From Acidimicrobiia bacterium (GTDB lineage Bacteria; Actinomycetota; Acidimicrobiia; Spongiisociales; ZC4RG35): a stretch of DNA of 64,000 nucleotides. Both the position numbers and the translations under genes were made by a program. The stretch lies in NCBI GenBank assembly GCA_965215185.1, contig OZ244034.1, positions 480,001-544,000 of the forward strand, in the 5' to 3' direction. This document shows positions 60,436-64,000 of this stretch, piece after piece. Under the pieces are notes generated by a model that made no database searches, had not been told where the DNA came from, and was given only the letters and a program-made list of their open reading frames with translations. How positions within the stretch are numbered: position 1 is the first letter of the stretch; every line of letters starts with the position of its first letter.

Positions 60436-61832
60436 TCCCTGATGTCTACGAATCGGCCGGAGACGGCCGCGGCTGCGGCCATCTCCGGAGAGACCAGGTG
60501 GGTTCGTCCGCCTTGGCCTTGACGACCCTCGAAGTTGCGGTTAGAAGTGGATGCACAGCGTTCTCCAGGCAACAGTATGTCGGGATTCATGCCCAGGCAC
60601 ATCGAGCAGCCAGCGTCGCGCCACTCGAATCCGGCCTGTTGAAAGACGGCGTCAAGGCCCTCCGTCTCGGCCTGCAGCTTGACCAGTCCCGATCCGGGAA
60701 CCACCATAGCCGAAACCGAAGGATGGACTTTGCGGCCCCGGATAACGGCGGCGGCGGCGCGCAGGTCTTCGATCCGGGCGTTGGTGCATGACCCCAAAAA
60801 GACCCGGTCAACGGTTATCTCGGTGATCGGCGTACCGGGTTCCAGATCCATGTAGGCAAGGGCCCGCATGGTGGAGTCGCGTTCCAGCGGATCATCGAAT
60901 TCGTCGGGAAATGGGATGTGATCGGTTACCGCCGCGGTCTGTCCCGGGTTGGTGCCCCACGACACATAGGGATGCAGATCCCGGGTCTCGATTCGCATTT
61001 CGGTGTCGAAGGTGGCGCCGGGGTCGGTGGGTAGCGCCCGCCACTCCTCCAGGGCCTGTTCCCAAAGGGATCCGCGGGGAGCATAGGGGCGTCCCTCCAG
61101 ATAGGAGAACGTAGTTTCATCGGGGGCGATCATTCCCGCCCGGGCGCCCGCTTCGATGGACATGTTGCACACCGTCATCCGCCCCTCCATGGATAATCCT
61201 TCGATAGCCGATCCTCGGTATTCGATCACATGTCCCTGTCCCCCTGCCGTTCCGATCCGGGCAATGATCCCCAGGATGATGTCCTTGGCGGTGACCCCGG
61301 TGGGAAGATCCCCCTCGATGGTGATGGCCATCGAACGAGGCTTGGGTTGGGGGAGGGTTTGGGTGGCGAGGACGTGCTCAACTTCCGAAGTGCCGATTCC
61401 GAACGCCAGGGCGCCGAACGCACCGTGAGTGGAGGTGTGGGAGTCGCCGCAAACTATGGTCATTCCCGGGTGGGTGACGCCCTGTTCGGGGCCGATTACA
61501 TGGACGATGCCCTGCCGGGGATCATCCAGTCCGTATAGGGTGATACCGAACTCGCCACAGTTGGTGACCAAAGCGTCGATTTGCTTCTTCGACAGAGGGT
61601 CACGGATGCCTAGTCCCCGACCGGTGGTGGGCACCCCGTGATCAATGGTCGCCAGAGTCAGATCCGGCCTTCTCACCGAGCGTCCGGCCACCCGCAGACT
61701 GGCGAAGGCCTGGGGGGAAGTGACCTCATGCACCAGATGCAAATCAATGTAGAGCAGGGCTGGCTCGCCTTCGGCCTCCCGCACCAAGTGGCGGTTCCAT
61801 ACCTTTTCAAAGAGGTTCTGCGAGGTGGTCAT
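60420..61832 (-). CDS. leuC: 3-isopropylmalate dehydratase large subunit
   Basis: [39 protein letters not shown]. Confidence 0.97.
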   Translation of the reverse strand: MTTSQNLFEKVWNRHLVREAEGEPALLYIDLHLVHEVTSPQAFASLRVAGRSVRRPDLTLATIDHGVPTTGRGLGIRDPLSKKQIDALVTNCGEFGITLYGLDDPRQGIVHVIGPEQGVTHPGMTIVCGDSHTSTHGAFGALAFGIGTSEVEHVLATQTLPQPKPRSMAITIEGDLPTGVTAKDIILGIIARIGTAGGQGHVIEYRGSAIEGLSMEGRMTVCNMSIEAGARAGMIAPDETTFSYLEGRPYAPRGSLWEQALEEWRALPTDPGATFDTEMRIETRDLHPYVSWGTNPGQTAAVTDHIPFPDEFDDPLERDSTMRALAYMDLEPGTPITEITVDRVFLGSCTNARIEDLRAAAAVIRGRKVHPSVSAMVVPGSGLVKLQAETEGLDAVFQQAGFEWRDAGCSMCLGMNPDILLPGERCASTSNRNFEGRQGQGGRTHLVSPEMAAAAAVSGRFVDIREWGKS

Positions 61833-61970
61833 GTACTCCGGTGAAGAGGCGACAACCAAAGGATAGCGGAATAGGCGACATTCAAGGTGAACCGTCAAGT
61901 GGTGTTTGGAGAGGTAAGGTTGCTCCCATCGGTTAACCTTGGTGTCAAGCCACATTGAGGAGAGGAATTC

Positions 61971-63035
61971 TTGGCAACGAGCAAGATCGCCCATGTAGTG
62001 GGCACCGGCACGATTGGTGAGCCCCTAATCGGTCTGTTGGCCGACAATCGGGAGGCTTTCGGTCTTGACGAAGTGACTTTTCACAAACGAACTCCCGTGC
62101 TGTCCGAGCGCGGGAAGGTGGAGGAGTTGGTGCGCCGCGGCGCCATGCTGACGGTTGATGAAGGCCGTCGGCTCGAGTTTCACGCATTGGGGCACACTCC
62201 CAAATACGAGACGTGGGAAGCCTTGGAGCGGGCTTCAGTTGTTATCGACTGCACGCCCGCCGGCAATCAAAACAAAGTGGACTTCTATGAGAGGCTGTCG
62301 GGTCCGCGGGGCTTTCTGGCGCAGGGGTCGGAATTCGGGTTTGGGAAGATGTACGCCCGGGGTATCAACGACTCCGTTCTGGATGTCGACCGGGATCGCT
62401 ATCTGCACATCGTGTCCTGCAACACCCACAACATCTCCGCCATGATCCAGAGCCTGGCCATCGATCCGGATGGCTCCGATCACCTGGTTAACGGAGATTT
62501 TCTATGCATACGGAGGGCCAACGACATCAGCCAGGACCGCGGATTCGTTGCCAGTCCCACTGTCGATGCCCACAAGGACCCAAGATTCGGGACGCATCAC
62601 GCCCGAGACGCCCACCATCTCTTTGCCACGCTGGGTCTTGATCTGCCAGTCCACTCTTCGGCAATCAAGCTCAACACCCAGTACATGCACACCCTGCATT
62701 TCTCCCTGACCCTTGATCGAGAGATCACCAAAGAGGAAGTGGTGGATCGTTTTCATGCCAACACCCGGGTAGCGGTCACGTATCGGCGCTCCGCAAACCA
62801 AGTCTTTTCCTTCGGGAGGGACCACGGCTACTACGGAAGGATTCTCTCGCACTCGGTTGTGTCGGTCCCCTCCCTGACGGTGCGCAACGGCGTCCAGGTG
62901 GTGGGCTTCGCATTCACTCCTCAAGACGGGAACCCGCTCCTTTCCACTGTGGCTGCCATGCTTTGGTATTTGTATCCCCAGGAGATCGACAAACGTATTG
63001 ATGTCTTGCGGCCCTATCTTTTTCGAGAAGTGTGA
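61971..63035 (+). CDS. Archaeal-type (class II) glyceraldehyde-3-phosphate dehydrogenase-like protein
   Basis: GTGTIG, VIDCTP, AQGSE, VSCNTH, IRRAND, THHARD; SD GAGGAG before TTG. Confidence 0.75.
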   Translation: MATSKIAHVVGTGTIGEPLIGLLADNREAFGLDEVTFHKRTPVLSERGKVEELVRRGAMLTVDEGRRLEFHALGHTPKYETWEALERASVVIDCTPAGNQNKVDFYERLSGPRGFLAQGSEFGFGKMYARGINDSVLDVDRDRYLHIVSCNTHNISAMIQSLAIDPDGSDHLVNGDFLCIRRANDISQDRGFVASPTVDAHKDPRFGTHHARDAHHLFATLGLDLPVHSSAIKLNTQYMHTLHFSLTLDREITKEEVVDRFHANTRVAVTYRRSANQVFSFGRDHGYYGRILSHSVVSVPSLTVRNGVQVVGFAFTPQDGNPLLSTVAAMLWYLYPQEIDKRIDVLRPYLFREV

Positions 63036-63313
63036 TGCAAAAATCAGGACGGTTGCAACGCCAGGCGCTCACCGCCGCCGAGCGGGCCATTGAGGCATTG
63101 GGGAGAGGCGATCCGGTGTCGGCTCGGATGGCGTTCTCCACCGCCTTGGACAAAGATCAGACTGGGATGTACTGGGGAGTGGCCGATGCCTTCGACTTAG
63201 TGGTCGGCATGTTGGAACGGAACGAAGGCATCGCCGAGCAGGCTTGGAGCCAACTCGCCGATGCAGTGGGGCCCGGGCCACTGCAGGCATTGGTGGAAGC
63301 TGTCCGAAATTAA
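63035..63313 (+). CDS. Hypothetical helical protein
   Basis: Start overlaps the upstream stop; 92 aa. Confidence 0.6.
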   Translation: MQKSGRLQRQALTAAERAIEALGRGDPVSARMAFSTALDKDQTGMYWGVADAFDLVVGMLERNEGIAEQAWSQLADAVGPGPLQALVEAVRN

Positions 63314-63339
63314 GGGGACTCTTTTGGGCAAGGTGCTCC

Positions 63340-64000
63340 ATGTCTGACTATCACATGCACCTTTATCCCCATCGTCAACATCCTTCCGATCCAATCCCCG
63401 AAGGTTTCCCGCCGGCGCTGATTGAGCGTTACTGCGAGATGGCCGAGGCCCGCGGCGTGCCCGATTTGGGGTTCACCGAGCATCTATATCGATTCAAGGA
63501 GTCTGAGCCGGTCCTGGGACGGTACTGGGAGGAGGACCGCCAAAAAGGACCCGCCTACGCGGCTCTGGCCGATTTCACCGCTCGGATGGTTGAACTCGAC
63601 CGGGTCTTTCAGATTGAGCAGTATGTGGAAGAGGTGTTGAAGGCCAAGGACAGGGGGCTGCCGGTGCTACTGGGACTGGAGATCGATTTCATACCGGGAA
63701 CCGAGGAGGCGGTGGCGGAGTTGCTGTCACCTTATCCCTGGGACTTCCTGCTGGGGGCGGTGCACTGGGTGGGAAGTTGGGCGATCGACACTTCCGAGTG
63801 CGCGGAAGAGTTCGAGCGGAGAGGGGTTCAAGAAAGCTGGGAGCAGTACTTCGGATTGGTGGTGGAGATGATCCAATCAGGCATGGCGGATGTGCTCGCC
63901 CATGTCGATGTTTGCAAGAAATACGGGTATCGGCCTCCCCAGGAGCCGCTTGGCCTATATAAACAGGTTGTGGAGGCCGCGGCTGCCCAAGGGGTGGCGG
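63340..64000 (+). CDS. PHP-domain histidinol-phosphatase (HisJ family), runs off window
   Basis: DYHMH, GFTEH, GLEID, DFLLGAVH, LAHVD..KK. Confidence 0.88.
   Translation, partial: MSDYHMHLYPHRQHPSDPIPEGFPPALIERYCEMAEARGVPDLGFTEHLYRFKESEPVLGRYWEEDRQKGPAYAALADFTARMVELDRVFQIEQYVEEVLKAKDRGLPVLLGLEIDFIPGTEEAVAELLSPYPWDFLLGAVHWVGSWAIDTSECAEEFERRGVQESWEQYFGLVVEMIQSGMADVLAHVDVCKKYGYRPPQEPLGLYKQVVEAAAAQGVA

Overview
High-GC bacterial chromosomal segment, most consistent with an Actinobacterium of the Acidimicrobiia type (inferred from gene content, Thr/Ala-rich tethered lipoproteins and frequent leaderless-looking starts; not verified). Housekeeping genes include gatB, pyk, an aspartate aminotransferase, trpD, rnpB, tRNA-Asn, ilvE, gltX, mdh, xpt and leuCD. 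The window also carries a tup-like oxyanion ABC transporter, a carbohydrate-type ABC/hydrolase catabolic cluster, an IS-scarred region (24.2-26.9 kb) and a complete System I cytochrome c maturation operon (ccmABCDEFH, ccmI, ccmG). An accessory stretch at 43.8-52.3 kb holds a decayed dnaN copy, an orphan MT-A70 methyltransferase, ppk2, a DUF222/HNH pseudogene and a nuclease gene. The most notable signals are split in the ORF track. (1) Two tandem exported TlpA-type redoxin lipoproteins have an active site reading W-[TGA]-x-x-C, each followed by a near-identical SECIS-like hairpin, so they are predicted selenoproteins lying one gene from the ccm operon. (2) An HsdR_N-type nuclease is followed by two tandem SeqA-like domains joined through a C9 tract, a candidate phase-variable modification-reading nuclease. 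(3) An archaeal-type (class II) GAPDH-like gene is present. All family calls are by motif recognition; no database search was run.
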